From Octopus bimaculoides (lineage: Eukaryota), in assembly GCF_001194135.2 (NCBI RefSeq), contig NC_069000.1:41680758-41744757 (forward strand): a DNA stretch of 64,000 nt, read 5' to 3'. Below are positions 13,213 to 26,490 of this stretch, in pieces. Below the pieces are notes generated by a model, which saw nothing but the letters and a program-made list of their open reading frames with translations, had not been told where the DNA came from and searched no databases. The position numbers and the translations under genes were made by a program. The stretch's first letter is position 1. Each line of letters opens with the position of its first letter.

Positions 13213-13250
13213 GTGTGTCTGTCTGTCTGTCTACCTATCTGTAGGTGTGT
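12720..13250. repeat. Long degenerate (TCTA)n microsatellite
   Basis: Directly visible tetranucleotide array. Confidence 0.95.
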
Positions 13251-13676
13251 GTGTGAATATATATATATTTGTGGTGTTTACTGTCAGAGGATGTGTTACT
13301 GTGCTAACTCATCTGCTTCTCTGACATAAATATTGCTAAAATAAACACACAAGTTTAGGTTAATTTCTTACCCAATCCTAACTTCAGTCTGACAAACCTT
13401 TTATTAGCCTAATTCTGTGAAAGTACAGTCATCATTTCAATTAATTTGGGAAATAATGAAAAATTTAGTAAAATAAATTAGTCTTTTATAATATAAAAAT
13501 TTAAAGTTTAACACACTGCATTTTCTCTAGAATTGTTTCACCTATCACTGCCCTGTTACTTTGTGGGAGGGAACTCATATGGTGACATGATGCAGCTACT
13601 GTGTGCTAAAGGTTAACATCAACATTCAATGCTTTTGTATTGAGATTATTCTGTTAAATGTAATGCTTATTTATTC

Positions 13677-13737
<61 letters not shown>

Positions 13738-14138
13738 GTGGTGGACTGGCCAAGTTCCAAGCTTGCCCGATGGCAAGTTGGCCCTTGCACCATTAGAATC
13801 CATATATATGGGGGCTCATGTTAGCATCTTAAATGCCCATCCCCTCGAGTTTGAGAATTTTTTCTTCACTCCTGGAAGAATGCATTGATTATTTCAGGCT
13901 GACTGTGTTTGTATTGTAGACAGTTGAAAAGAATACTTTTAACAAAAAAAAAAAGAAAATACATAAATAAATGATAGCATTGTAGTTGTGGGTGGGCCCC
14001 CTTAGTCTCCTGGCAACCAATATTTTTAGACCCAGTCTGCCACTGTATATATGTATATGTACATATGCATAGGTCTATATATATATATATGTATATATGT
14101 GCACATATATGCATGTGTGTATGCATGTATGTGTATGC

Positions 14139-14215
<77 letters not shown>

Positions 14216-14957
14216 TACATACATACATACATACATACATACACACACATACATACACAGGAGGAGAGTAAGAGAAATAGATAGTTGCATTATTTGAAAA
14301 AGTAGAGTCTCTGAGCCATTAATAATGACTGAATTATTATTGAAAAATGTGTATGATGAACGTTGCTAATGAGAGAACGAGGATGTAAATTAAAATACCA
14401 AATTAACAGGAAACAAAGGCAATCATATTCATCATTCCCCAAATATTACACGGCAGTGTGTGTCTGCATACGAATGTGTGTGTGGTGTGGGGGAGTGTGT
14501 TTTAATGAGGGCAGGTTTCCTTTGCAGTGTAATTATCAAAGACACCCCAAATGGAGTAGAAAATCTTTCAAATTCTATTGTTATATCATAATCGCTTGTG
14601 ATGTAACTATGTGTGTGTGAGGTGCCAGTAATAGAAAAGGCACCTGTGCTGGTGCCACATAGAAAGCACTCAATACATTCTGTAAAGTGGTTGGCATTAG
14701 GAAGGGATCCAGCTGTAGAAACCATGTCAAAATAGACAATTGGAGCCCAGTGCAGTTCTCTGGCTTGCCAGGTCCCATCAAACTGTCCAACCCATGCCAG
14801 CTTGGAAAAACGAGCATTAAATGATGAAGATGAGATATCATCATTATCATCATCGTTTAACGCCCATTTTCCATGCTGGCATTGGTTGGACGGTTTGACT
14901 GGAGACTGGCAAGCCAGAAGGCTACACCAGGCTCCAATCTGATCTGGCAATGTTTCT

Positions 14958-15215
14958 TATTTCTTTATTGCCCATAAGGGCAATAAACATAGAGGGGACA
15001 AACAAGGATAGAGAAAAGGATTAAGTCGATTACATCGACCCCAGTGCGTAACTGGTACTTAATTTATCGACCCCGGAAGGATGAAAGGCAAAGTCAACCT
15101 CGGCGGAATTTTAACTCAGAACGTAAAGACAGACGAAATACTGCTAAGCATTTTGCCCATCGTGCTAACATTTCTGCTAGCTTACCGCCACTAGCTAGCT
15201 TCTGCTTGCTTGCTG
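14958..15215 (-). mobile_element. tRNA-type SINE (family A) inserted in a (CAT)n-tailed element, with a 19-bp TSD
   Basis: CTGATCTGGCAATGTTTCT occurs at 14939-14957 and 15216-15234. The body matches the other family-A copies. Confidence 0.85.
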
Positions 15216-15732
15216 CTGATCTGGCAATGTTTCTACAGCTGGATCTTCCTAACACCAACCACTTCGAGAGTGTAGTGGGTGCTTTTTATGTACCACCGGC
15301 ATGGGAGCCAGTCAGGTGGCACTGGCATCAGTCACGTTCAGATGGTGCTCTTTATGTGCCACCAGCATGGGGAGCCGGTTAGGCGGCACTGGCATCGGCC
15401 ACAACTACAATTTCCATTTGATTTTGATTTACTTGATTCAGTAGGTCTCCTTAAGCACAGCATGTCACCCGACGATCCAGTATGTATGTGTGTGTGTGTA
15501 TTCTTGTGTTAGTGTTCATGTGTTAGTATTCGTGGGTATGTGGTATTTTCTCTCCCTCCCTTCTTCTTTCACTTTATTTTATCTCCTTTCTTCCTACCTC
15601 ACAAAAAAATAAATAAATAAAAAGAAAAGTATATACAAATACCCTTAACATGTTACATCTGTCACTATTCCCCCACCCCTTTGATTCTCTTTCCTCATCA
15701 CCTTACATTTCTTTTATTCTTTTATTTTGCAG

Positions 15733-15828
15733 AAAATCAAAGCATACAATTTCATCAGCCGGTTGGCATCCCTCACAGATCACATTCCCGTTGCAATGAC
15801 AGTCCAAATTTCGACCAATTCCTCTTGA
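15733..15828 (+). CDS. SMPD3: nSMase2-like terminal coding exon (KIKAYNFISRLASLTDHIPVAMTVQISTNSS*)
   Basis: Acceptor TTTTGCAG. LTDHIPVAM matches human LTDHLPVAM (catalytic His). TGA at 15826-15828. Total CDS 1560 nt, 519 aa. Confidence 0.93.
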   Translation, partial: KIKAYNFISRLASLTDHIPVAMTVQISTNSS

Positions 15829-15914
15829 TTCTTCTATAGAACAAGCCTCCTTTATTTTCTGGGGACTTCATATATTTATTTTATTTATTTTGTTTTTGAT
15901 ATTTTGTATGTATG

Positions 15915-15964
<50 letters not shown>

Positions 15965-18900
15965 TTGCCTTTTTTTTTATTGGAAACATTCTTCTGTTGT
16001 TTGCTGTTGTTGTTGTCGTCATCGACGATCACATTCCCGGTGAGCACTGTAGCTGTAAGAGGGGAGGTGGCGCTGTAGTCGCTCTCTGTGGCAAAACCAT
16101 GTTTGCTGAAATACTGGGTTCTAATTATTAGCCTTGACCTTGCTTGCTCATGCTACCTGTAAACAGGTAGGTAGACACATGAACATTCTGACTTCTATTC
16201 CCCACCACCACCACCACCACCACTACTAATGTTTCAACCTTGGTATTCCCACCCCATCCATCCTCCCATTCTGCTTAACCGATCTCTGATGTCAAATAGG
16301 GCCAAATACCTTTGATTGAAAAATGTCAAGATTAGTTAAACTCTCAAAGACAAGAAAAACACAATACTGCTAAAAATTCATGTGTATGTGGTGTGTGATG
16401 ACAGTGTGTAAATGGATGTGTGTGTGTGTATATATATATACACACACTCACACACACACATATAACATGTATGTATATATATATATGCATATATATATAT
16501 CCAATGAAATATCCCAAGCTATGCATTCTGGGATAGTGTTGTCAATTTAACATCATCTGCAGTAGTTTGTGATTGTGATGGCATTATTTTTATTGAATTG
16601 CCAATCTATTGCACACACTCACACACACACCACCTTGGTCAGATGCATAATATGACCTCTAGTATGTTAACTACCAGAATCCAACATGCTTTCACCTTTT
16701 CTCTTTCTGTGACCTTCCCATCTTTCGATAATTTCAAGGCAGTTATGGTTGGCATCAGATGATGACTTTGAGAAGCAGTATAGGTTTTGCTTTTGTCTTT
16801 TTTTTTTTTGTTTTTTGTATTTTGTTTGTTGAAAATCAAAAAGCAAAAAAGAAAGGTAAAAAAATATAACTAACAAACCAAGAAGCTCCTTAAATCCAAA
16901 ACTCAGAATTTCCTGTGTAATACTGCCCCATCATCACTACCATCCCACCATGACCACCACTCCTAAACTGCTGTTAATACAAAACCTGGAGTGAGTTTTT
17001 AATTGATATCATTATTCTTTTATTCTTTTACTTGTTTCAGTCATTTGACTGTGGCCATGCTGGGGCACCACCTTTAGTTGAGCAAATCGACCCCAGGACT
17101 AATTCTTTGTAAGCCTAGTACTTATTCTATCAGTCTTTTTTGCCGAATTGCTAAGTTACAGGAACATTAACACACCAGCATCAGTTGTCAAGCGATGTTG
17201 GGGAAGAAATACAGACACAAACGTACACACACACACATATGTATACGACAGGCTTCTTTCAGTTTCCATCTACCAAATCCACTCACAAGGCTTTGGTCGA
17301 GCTGAGGCTATAGTAGAAGACACTTGTCCAAGGTGCCATACAGTGGGACTGAACCTGGAACTATGTGGTTGTAAGCAAGCTACTTACCTCACAGCCACTT
17401 CTGCGCCTATTGTCAATATTATGATAATTATTATTGGGTGAGCTGGCAGAATCATTAGCATGTCGGGCGAAATGCTGAGCAGTATTTCATCTGTCGCTAT
17501 GTTCTGAGTTCAAATTCCACTAAGGTCAACTTTGCCTTTTACCCTTTCGGGGTTGATAAATTAAATATTGGTTAAGTATTGGGTCAATGTAATTGACTGT
17601 CCCCCTCCCCACAAAATCCAGGCTGTGTGCCTATAGTAGAAAGGATTATTACATTTATGTGAAAGGCAGCAAGCTAACACAAACGAGAGCATGCCAGACA
17701 TGCCCTGACCTCGCCTTTCATCCTTTCAGGGTTGATAAAGTAAGTACCCGTTGCATACTGGGGTGTTGATGTAGTCAACTAGACTCCTCCAATTTCAGAA
17801 ATAACCCAATATATTTACCATTAATTTCGTGAAATACTCATGAGTCCTGCTAATAATAATAATTATCCTTTCTACACTAAGCACAAGGCCTGAAATTTCG
17901 GGGGAGGTGTGAGTTGAGCCTCAATGCTCAACTGGTACTTATTTTATCGACCCCTAAAGAATGGAAGGCAAAGTCTACCTTGGCAGAATTTGCACTCAGA
18001 ATATGGCTAAGCATTTCGACCGACGTGCTAATGATTTTCCAGCTCGCCACCCTATTTAATAATGATAATAATAATAAGAAGAAGAACATGTTATCGTTGT
18101 TGTTGTGTTTAAATTTAAGACGACACTATAGTGCCTAATTTATCAATATACAGAAAAGTATCACTTAGTGACCATTTTAATTATTATTTATTGATAAGTT
18201 ATTGTTCATTATACATAACAAATATTTATTGATATTATATTTTTATTTATNNNNNNNNNNNNNNNNNNNNNNNNNNNNNNNNNNNNNNNNNNNNNNNNNN
18301 NNNNNNNNNNNNNNNNNNNNNNNNNNNNNNNNNNNNNNNNNNNNNNNNNNNNNNNNNNNNNNNNNNNNNNNNNNNNNNNNNNNNNNNNNNNNNNNNNNNN
18401 NNNNNNNNNNNNNNNNNNNNNNNNNNNNNNNNNNNNNNNNNNNNNNNNNNNNNNNNNNNNNNNNNNNNNNNNNNNNNNNNNNNNNNNNNNNNNNNNNNNN
18501 NNNNNNNNNNNNNNNNNNNNNNNNNNNNNNNNNNNNNNNNNNNNNNNNNNNNNNNNNNNNNNNNNNNNNNNNNNNNNNNNNNNNNNNNNNNNNNNNNNNN
18601 NNNNNNNNNNNNNNNNNNNNNNNNNNNNNNNNNNNNNNNNNNNNNNNNNNNNNNNNNNNNNNNNNNNNNNNNNNNNNNNNNNNNNNNNNNNNNNNNNNNN
18701 NNNNNNNNNNNNNNNNNNNNNNNNNNNNNNNNNNNNNNNNNNNNNNNNNNNNNNNNNNNNNNNNNNNNNNNNNNNNNNNNNNNNNNNNNNNNNNNNNNNN
18801 NNNNNNNNNNNNNNNNNNNNNNNNNNNNNNNNNNNNNNNNNNNNNNNNNNNNNNNNNNNNNNNNNNNNNNNNNNNNNNNNNNNNNNNNNNNNNNTGTGTG

Positions 18901-19912
18901 TGTGTGTGTGTTTCTGTGTCTTCATGTAAACTCTTTGCAGGCTACCGTGATGTTATGCGTCGGTTTTCTGTAAATACGTGTTAAGACCAGCAAAATAAAC
19001 GGTTGGCAACTGAGAAGGCATCTAGCCATAGGTTACTATCTGAATATGCTTTGTCTGACTTATGCCTTCATGGCAAAAAGAACAGTTATAAGGGCGGAAT
19101 CAAATTGTATTGTCAGGTCTTTAAACCAGCCCAAACATTCTGCCTGTTTTACTTTGAAACTGGCCACATCCAGCCTCTCGTACCTACACTACAATGTGAT
19201 TCTAACAATAAACAGTCATATTTTCAAAATCTTGAAGCTACAGGATAATATGATTAATTTTAAAAGATATGGATAGATTAGCATTACATTTGATAAATAT
19301 ATTGGGTTAAAGTCATGTGATGCAGTTTTAAGATAAAAATTAAAGAAAAAATAGAGAAATTAATATTTAAAGGCAAGTGTTCGTTGAGGGAGATTTGACT
19401 ATTATTTTGAGCAGGTGGAACAACTAGATACATATAAGGTCCCTAATTTGCTTGCTTACCTGTAGGGAATATATTGAGGTGTGTGTATGTGTGGGTTGAT
19501 ATTTCTATTTTAAATATTTAATTGACTTTTTTCTCCCCCATTTTTTTTTTTTTTTTTTTTTTGTTAATCAATGAAGTTAATTATAAAGTAAAAAATGTGG
19601 CTTGCTCTATTGATTAATCTGTGTGAGTATGAACAAATGGTGGTGATGGTGGCGACGGTTGATGATGCTGGCATTGGTGGCGGTGGTGATTGTGGTTTTG
19701 TTTGTACTGGTGTTTATCAGTGCAACAAAGGGATCTAACTCAAGAAGAACTTACCCACTAATTGATTAATTAAATCTGTCACTTTGTAGATACCAGTTTT
19801 GTTTTCTCTTTCTCTTTAACATCTCCCAGCTACCGTCCAAAAAAAACAAAAATGAACAAATAAATATATAAAAGAAGTAAAATGATCCGATCAGGGTCCA
19901 GCTCTCTCTTTT

Positions 19913-19979
<67 letters not shown>

Positions 19980-20638
19980 ATCTCCCCCCCCTCTCTCTGA
20001 GGAATAAAATGAAATGTCATTAATTATTTGGTGTTGAAATTGCAATTGATTTTTTACAAGTACCATAACAACCATTGCTAAGGCAGGGATTAAAAGAAAT
20101 TAATTATAAGGCAACTAATTAAATCATAATAATAAATTCTTAAATTAACACAAGACCAACAATTAGCAGGAGAAAGGGGAATAGTTGATTGGTTTCAGTG
20201 TTGGACTCGCAATTAATAAGTCATGGTTTCAATTCCCAGGCTGGACAGTACATTGTGTTTTTGAGCAAAACCCTTCATTTCACACTGCTCCTGTCCCCTC
20301 AATTTGGAAACAAGTATCCACTATGGCTGGTAATCCTTTTCCCTGTGAGGAACTGGCTCTCTCTCAGTCACACATAACCCAACGAAACTGGAATAAGCTT
20401 TGGCTCAATACACCTGTAAACATCTGGGATTTAAACTATCACTGGTACCTATTTTATTTCTCTTACACCTAAATGGTTGAAAGGCAAGATCAGGACTTGA
20501 ACTCAGAATATGGAAACCAAAATGCTATATCTCTGTATTGTTTCTGCCATTCTTAGCATTTTAGCACTTTCTTGTCATTGAGAGAACTTGAAAAATGTGG
20601 TAAATGTTCTATTGGTATATCTTTGCATCATATATTAA

Positions 20639-20832
20639 CCCTTTAGTGTTTAAACTGACCATATCCAGCCAAAATATTCTGCCATGTTTTGCATTCAAAC
20701 TGGCCAGATCTAGCCTCATGCACCAACCTTATATCATTCTAAAAATTAACAGTCCCTTCATAAAAATCTCATAGCTACAAGATAATGTATGATTAATTCA
20801 AAACAATGTGGATAAATAAGCATGCTAAAGGG
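20639..20832. mobile_element. piggyBac-like MITE
   Basis: TTAA/CCCTTTAG...CTAAAGGG/TTAA. Related fragments near 19120-19310, 37800-37980, 45470-45540, 49480-49620 and 56960-57170. Confidence 0.8.
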
Positions 20833-21692
20833 TTAACTCTAGTGTCACAGAGTGAATGGTAATATCCTGATAGAATGTGATAATGGTAAGAACGCCATGG
20901 AATAAATGGAAATAATGTTGTGGAATGAGAGGTAAATGAACAAAATGTGATAGTGCTGTAGAGCAAGTTCTAAGAATGTCATAGAACAATGGTAATATTG
21001 TAGAACAAGAGATAATGGTGCCAGTGTTGATGAATCTTTTAGAATAAACAGTAATAGTGTTGTGTTGTAGAACAAGATGTAATAGCATTGCTAGCAAGTG
21101 GTAGGAATATCACAGAATAGTGGTAATTATGCTGTACAACAAGAGGCAATAGTAATGTAGAGGAATGTTAGAACAAGGGTAACTGTGCAGTACGGCGAAA
21201 AGTAATAGTGTTGTAGTGGCAGGTTCAATCCCCAGTTGAAATAAATTTTGTTTCTGCTGCTAATTTCTTTGGGAAAGGTATAAACATCACAACATTCCAG
21301 TTTCTTTGCTTCTTCTTCTCTAAATCCATGGGTCCTTCTTGTGTATATTCTGAAGAAATTAAAATTAAAGGTTGCTGGATCACATATCTGAAAAAAAAGC
21401 ACACCCTAAAGATTAGAGCAGTAATGTATTTACATGAAGTTCAATATTATGTCTGGTCTTAGAGTGGCCGATGGTTTCACATCTGTGAAGCACTTAGCTT
21501 CATAGGTGGCTCATCAAACTCCAATGCCCATAGACACATAACCTCTCTTCAAACTGGACGTCCAGTTTGAAGAGTTGATATGCTCATGGCCACAGGAATC
21601 TGACAAGCTATCTATAAAGATAGGCACTTTATGGATACAAATCCATTAGTAAACATATATTAAGCATCATGTACATACATATCTATATATAA

Positions 21693-21723
<31 letters not shown>

Positions 21724-22544
21724 TTATATATAGGCACAAGAGTGGTTGTGTGGTAAGTAGCTTGGTTCCCAACCACATGGTTCTGGGTTCAGTCCCACTG
21801 CATGACACCTTGGGCAAGTGTTTTCTACTATAGCCGTGGGCCAACCAAAGCCTTGGGAGATGGAAACTGAAAGAAGCTCATCATATATATATGTGTGTCT
21901 GTGTCTGCTTGTCTCCCCAAACATTGCTTGACAACTGATGCTAGTGTGTTTACATACCCATAACTTAGCGGTTCGGCAAAAAGAAGCCAATAAAATAATG
22001 TACATATTCAGTTGGATCTCAATATTAATATATATACTAAGAATATATTAGTATTTATATATGTATGTATATTCTTTTACTTGTTTCAGTCATTTGACTG
22101 GCCATGCTGGAGCACCACCTTTAGTCAAACATTTTTTGTGAGCCTAGTACTTACTGTATCATTTTTTTTTTTTTTTTGCCAAACTGCTAGGTTACAGGGA
22201 TATAAACACACCAACATAAGTTGTCAAGTTGATGCCGAGGGGACAAACACAGACACAAATATATATATATATATACACTTCTACCTAAATTTGTGGCCTT
22301 GTACCATAGTTTCATATAGAAAACTAGTGCCAGTGATCAGAGCGTAGACGTACAATGACGTTTTCATAACACTTATAATACCAAACTGAAATAAAATGAA
22401 AGTCAACACTAACAGCATGTGTTGTTTTGTTTTCTTCTTTTACTGGTTCCAGTCATTGGCTGCACGGTCATGCTGGAGTACCAGCTGCAAGTGATGTTTA
22501 CTTATTCAAAGCATAACCTATACAAGTGTGCTTGCTCTCCCGAA

Positions 22545-23230
22545 TTTGTTTCCTCATAACTTTCAGAAAAATGGATATCTTTAACGAAATTTCGCTATGT
22601 TAAAAATGCCCAGTACATGCTGTAACATGGCTGGAGTTAAAAAGGGTATCCAGCTGTGGAAATCAAGCCAAACCAGACTGGAACCTTGTGCAGCTCTCCT
22701 GCTTGCGATTTTTGGTCAAACTATCCAATCCATGCCAGCATGGAAAACAGATGTTAAGGATGATGATCAAATTTTTTACAAATACTTTTCAGATGGTATA
22801 GATTCCGATTATTTTGGAATTTGTTAAAAATCCTTTTGGAGGAGAGGTGAGAGGAATTTTGGATAATTCACATACCATGATTTTGTCTCCTTGTAACTTT
22901 CAGAAAAATGGATGTTTTTTAATGAAATTTTCTACAAATGAGATTCAGAGAGTGTAGATTCCATTATATATTCAAATTTGTGGTGAAATTATTTTCAGAG
23001 ATGGGGGGAGGAGTTTCAGATAATTCACATATGTCAACTTTGTTTCCCTCATAACGTTCAGAAAAATGGATGTTTTTAATTGAAATTTTCTACAAATACC
23101 CTTCAGAAAATGTATATTGTGATTATTTTGGAATTTAATGTGGTAAAATAAAAAATGAAAAATTGGTGGGTACACTCATATATATTGCCACACATCACAA
23201 AATGAAATTTGAAATTTTGGAAAAACATGC
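22545..23230. repeat. Internally repeated element related to 61020-61330
   Basis: Repeated CATAACTTTCAGAAAAATGG and GAAATTTTCTACAAAT motifs are shared with the Merlin-associated region. Confidence 0.7.
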
Positions 23231-23373
23231 GATGCATGTATGTGGGNNNNNNNNNNNNNNNNNNNNNNNNNNNNNNNNNNNNNNNNNNNNNNNNNNNNNN
23301 NNNNNNNNNNNNNNNNNNNNNNNNNNNNNNNNNNNNNNNNNNNNNNNNNNNNNNNNNNNNNNNNNNNNNNNNN

Positions 23374-23582
23374 CCGTTTTCGTGCGGGTGACACGTAAAA
23401 GCACCCACTACACTCTCTGAGTGGTTGGCGTTAGGAAGGGCATCCAGCTGTAGAAACTCTGCCAAATCAGACTGGAGCCTGGTGTTGCCATCCGGTTTCA
23501 CCAGTCCTCAGTCAAATCGTCCAACCCATGCTAGCATGGAAAGCGGATGTTAAACGATGATGATGATGATGATGATGATGAT
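23374..23582 (+). mobile_element. (GAT)n-tailed LINE/SINE 3' end (family C, representative copy)
   Basis: GTGGTTGGCGTTAGGAAGGGCATCCAGC...GCATGGAAAGCGGATGTTAAACGATGATG. Further copies near 2055-2300, 4185-4600, 8490-8830, 10925-11180, 14690-14950, 31945-32068 and 47215-47540. Confidence 0.8.
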
Positions 23583-23821
23583 GTGGTGGGTGGTACACTT
23601 GTATAGCTAAGCCCTCATTCATGTCAAATCCCCCAGTACCTATTTCATATTTCAGTCAAGTACATATCGTATTGATATCTATTTGTTGGATTGCTAAGTT
23701 GCAGGACTTGAAAGAACACTACATCAGCTTTTTAGATTGTGAACAGAAACACAGAAAGGGTCACACACAGTGCACGCTCACACACACACACACACATGCT
23801 CTCACACACACACATACTCAG

Positions 23822-23990
23822 ACAAGTTGGATTGCACTGAAAAGTTTACAAATATTATCAAGTACTTTTATTAATGATATGAGAATGAAAGCATATGTTG
23901 TAATTTAAGTAGAATGCTCACTCACTATTTCAATCAGTGACGATGTAAAGCAGGGGGATGTAACTGCTCCTACTTTATTCGTTATATGCT
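23822..23990 (+). mobile_element. RTE-like LINE reverse transcriptase fragment (degenerate)
   Basis: Reads KLDCTEKFTNII..MKAYVV..DVKQGDVTAPTLF, matching GCPxKF..GVKQGCVLAPTLF. Contains stops. Confidence 0.7.
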
Positions 23991-26045
23991 TCAGAACAAG
24001 GCTGTGTCAGCAACATTATAGGCATCTGGGAAAATCAGTGCACTCAGCCCTATATTAATTGTCAGCAAACCACAGCATACATAGATCGGAACTGCGGCCT
24101 TAGAACCATGAAGCCTCTGGGTGAATCAATATAGTTAGCACGCGGAGCGAAATGCTTAGCAGTATTTCATCTACCACTACGTTCTGAGTTCAAATTCCAC
24201 CAAGGTCACATACATTTCCCACAAACTTTTCCAAAAAACTCTTACCTCCTTGCAACACAACCACCCCCACCCAATGGCTATGTTTTCGTACCAACAAGCA
24301 TAACCCTTAACCCAATCCCCCTACTCGTTTCATTTGATCACCTTTTTTACAGCAACCGCAAACCGGATGTGTCTATTCAGCTCCAACGCTAGAAAGCAGT
24401 AGCCATATTTCATTCTAAAACGGCTACCTCTGATGAGCACAGGGTTACATAATCGGATTGTTACCTAGCACTCCGTTGAATCCCTAGCACAAAACTAATT
24501 GGTAAGATCGGCCGTAATGGATATATAATACTGTACACTTCAGATAATACACCCACTCTATTGACAGATATACAAGTGCACTTTTTCCTGACTTATGGTA
24601 GCTTAGACGATTTACACAAACACATATACACACACACACGTTAACTTTTACTTATTTCAGTCATTAGACTGGCCATGCTGGGACAGCATATCAAAGTAAA
24701 CACTATGAAAAAATACACGCTGTATATGTATATATGTGTAAATGTGTACATGTACATGTGTATATATATATCAGAATACTCATGAAACCAAAGGTTGATA
24801 TTTTGAATGTGTTTCATACACGTGTTTCTAATAGTTATGTAAGATAAACCTTAGATAATATATTATCTGCTTTAAGGCAGCGACGACAATGACGACGATG
24901 ATGATGATGATGATGACGATATGCACACCAATGATTAAAAACACTTGCAAAGATGTCACACAGTAGGATCAAACTGAAAAGCTACAAGTTTCTGATAGCA
25001 AACTTAATGGACAGTAATACAATGAAATTGAATTAAGAGTACAAGAAATGATAAAACACTGAAACTAACAGGGCCCCACCCCACCACTCCACCCCCAGTA
25101 CCTGTTCCTTGTGAACTTTGTTACAACATTAGTGGTTGTGTTGATAGGGGTAGTAGTAGTAGTAGTAGTAGAATGGCAGGGNNNNNNNNNNNNNNNNNNN
25201 NNNNNNNNNNNNNNNNNNNNNNNNNNNNNNNNNNNNNNNNNNNNNNNNNNNNNNNNNNNNNNNNNNNGAGTTATGGTAAATAGGATGATGGGTGGGGGTG
25301 GATGAAACGGTGATAGTGGTGGAGGAGGTGATGGCAGTGGTGGGGGTGATAGGGGTGGTAGTAGTAGTATAGAGGGGTGAGTTATAGAAAATAGGATGGC
25401 AGCGGATAAGTTGATGATGATGGAGGTGGTGATGGTGGTGGTGGTGATAGAAGAGGGTTGTTAAGAGTGTTATGAATACCAAAGAAAATAGGGTAACAAG
25501 TATTTTTAGTTCCTGATAAGCTCTGTAGATCTGTTTGTCTCACTGTCTGTCTGCCTGTCTGTGTTACTTTGATCTCTGCTCTATAGTCTGTCTCCTCCTC
25601 TTCCTCCTCCTCTTTCTCCCCCCATTCTTTTACACATACATACGTGTGTATGGATTGTGTGCATAAGGATGACACACAAATGGTAAATTCATGAAGCATT
25701 CCATATTTTTCTAATAGTCACAGGAGTGGCTGTGTGGTAAGAAGCTTGCTTCCCAACCACATGGTTCCGAGTTCAGTCCCGTTTTGAGGCACCTTGGGCA
25801 AGTGTTTTCTACTATGGCTTTGGGCCTACCAAAGCCTTGTGAATGGATTTGGAAGACAGAAACTGAAAGAAGCCCATCATATATATATATATGTGTGTGT
25901 GTGTGTCTTTGTGTCTGTGTTTGTCCCCCACCATCACCACTTGACAACTGATGCTGGTGTGTTTACGTCCCCGTAACTTAGCGGTTTGGCAAAAGAGACC
26001 GATAGAATAAGTACTTGGCTAACAAAGAATAAGTCCTGGAGTAGA

Positions 26046-26085
26046 TTTGTCTCATTCCTTAGGTATTTTTCGATGTTGTTGTCGT

Positions 26086-26118
<33 letters not shown>

Positions 26119-26190
26119 TATTCAGGTCACTGCTTGGAATCGAACTCGGAATCTTGGAGTTAGTAGCCCGCGCTCTTAACTACTACGCCA
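26046..26190 (-). mobile_element. tRNA-headed SINE (family D), truncated copy
   Basis: Reverse complement of the adjacent copy at 26238 (head, (AAT)n and start of body). Confidence 0.8.
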
Positions 26191-26237
26191 TATGCCCGTA
26201 ATTCATTTGATCTGACTCTGCTAATTCATCACCCCAC

Positions 26238-26490
26238 GGGCATATGGCGTAGTGGTTAAGAGCACAGGCTACTAACCCCAAGATTCCGAGTTCGATTACA
26301 AACAATGACCTGAATAATAATAATAATAATAACAACAACAACATTGAAAAGTACCCTAGGAACGAGAACCCAGGTTCGAAATTTCCCCAAGACACCTGAT
26401 GAAGGCTGGAGGGTAGATCAGCCGAAACGTGTTAACAACAAACAAGATGAGAAATATCCGTCAAATGTAAATAATGTAAATAATGTAAAA
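26238..26490 (+). mobile_element. tRNA-headed SINE (family D) with a Penelope-type hammerhead-like tail
   Basis: A-box TGGCGTAGTGG, B-box-like GAGTTCGATT, (AAT)n, then GACAC-CTGATGA-A-GGCTG..CAGCC-GAAACG at 26391-26433. Confidence 0.8.

Noticed and set aside
12667-14297. Many ORFs of YLSI, YI and HT repeats (also at 30-40 kb, 48 kb, 53 kb and 58 kb)
   Set aside because: Translations of (TCTA)n, (TA)n and (CA)n microsatellites or of N gaps.
24430-24480. CTGATGAG followed by a short stem
   Set aside because: No GAAA at the base of the stem, so it is not a hammerhead.
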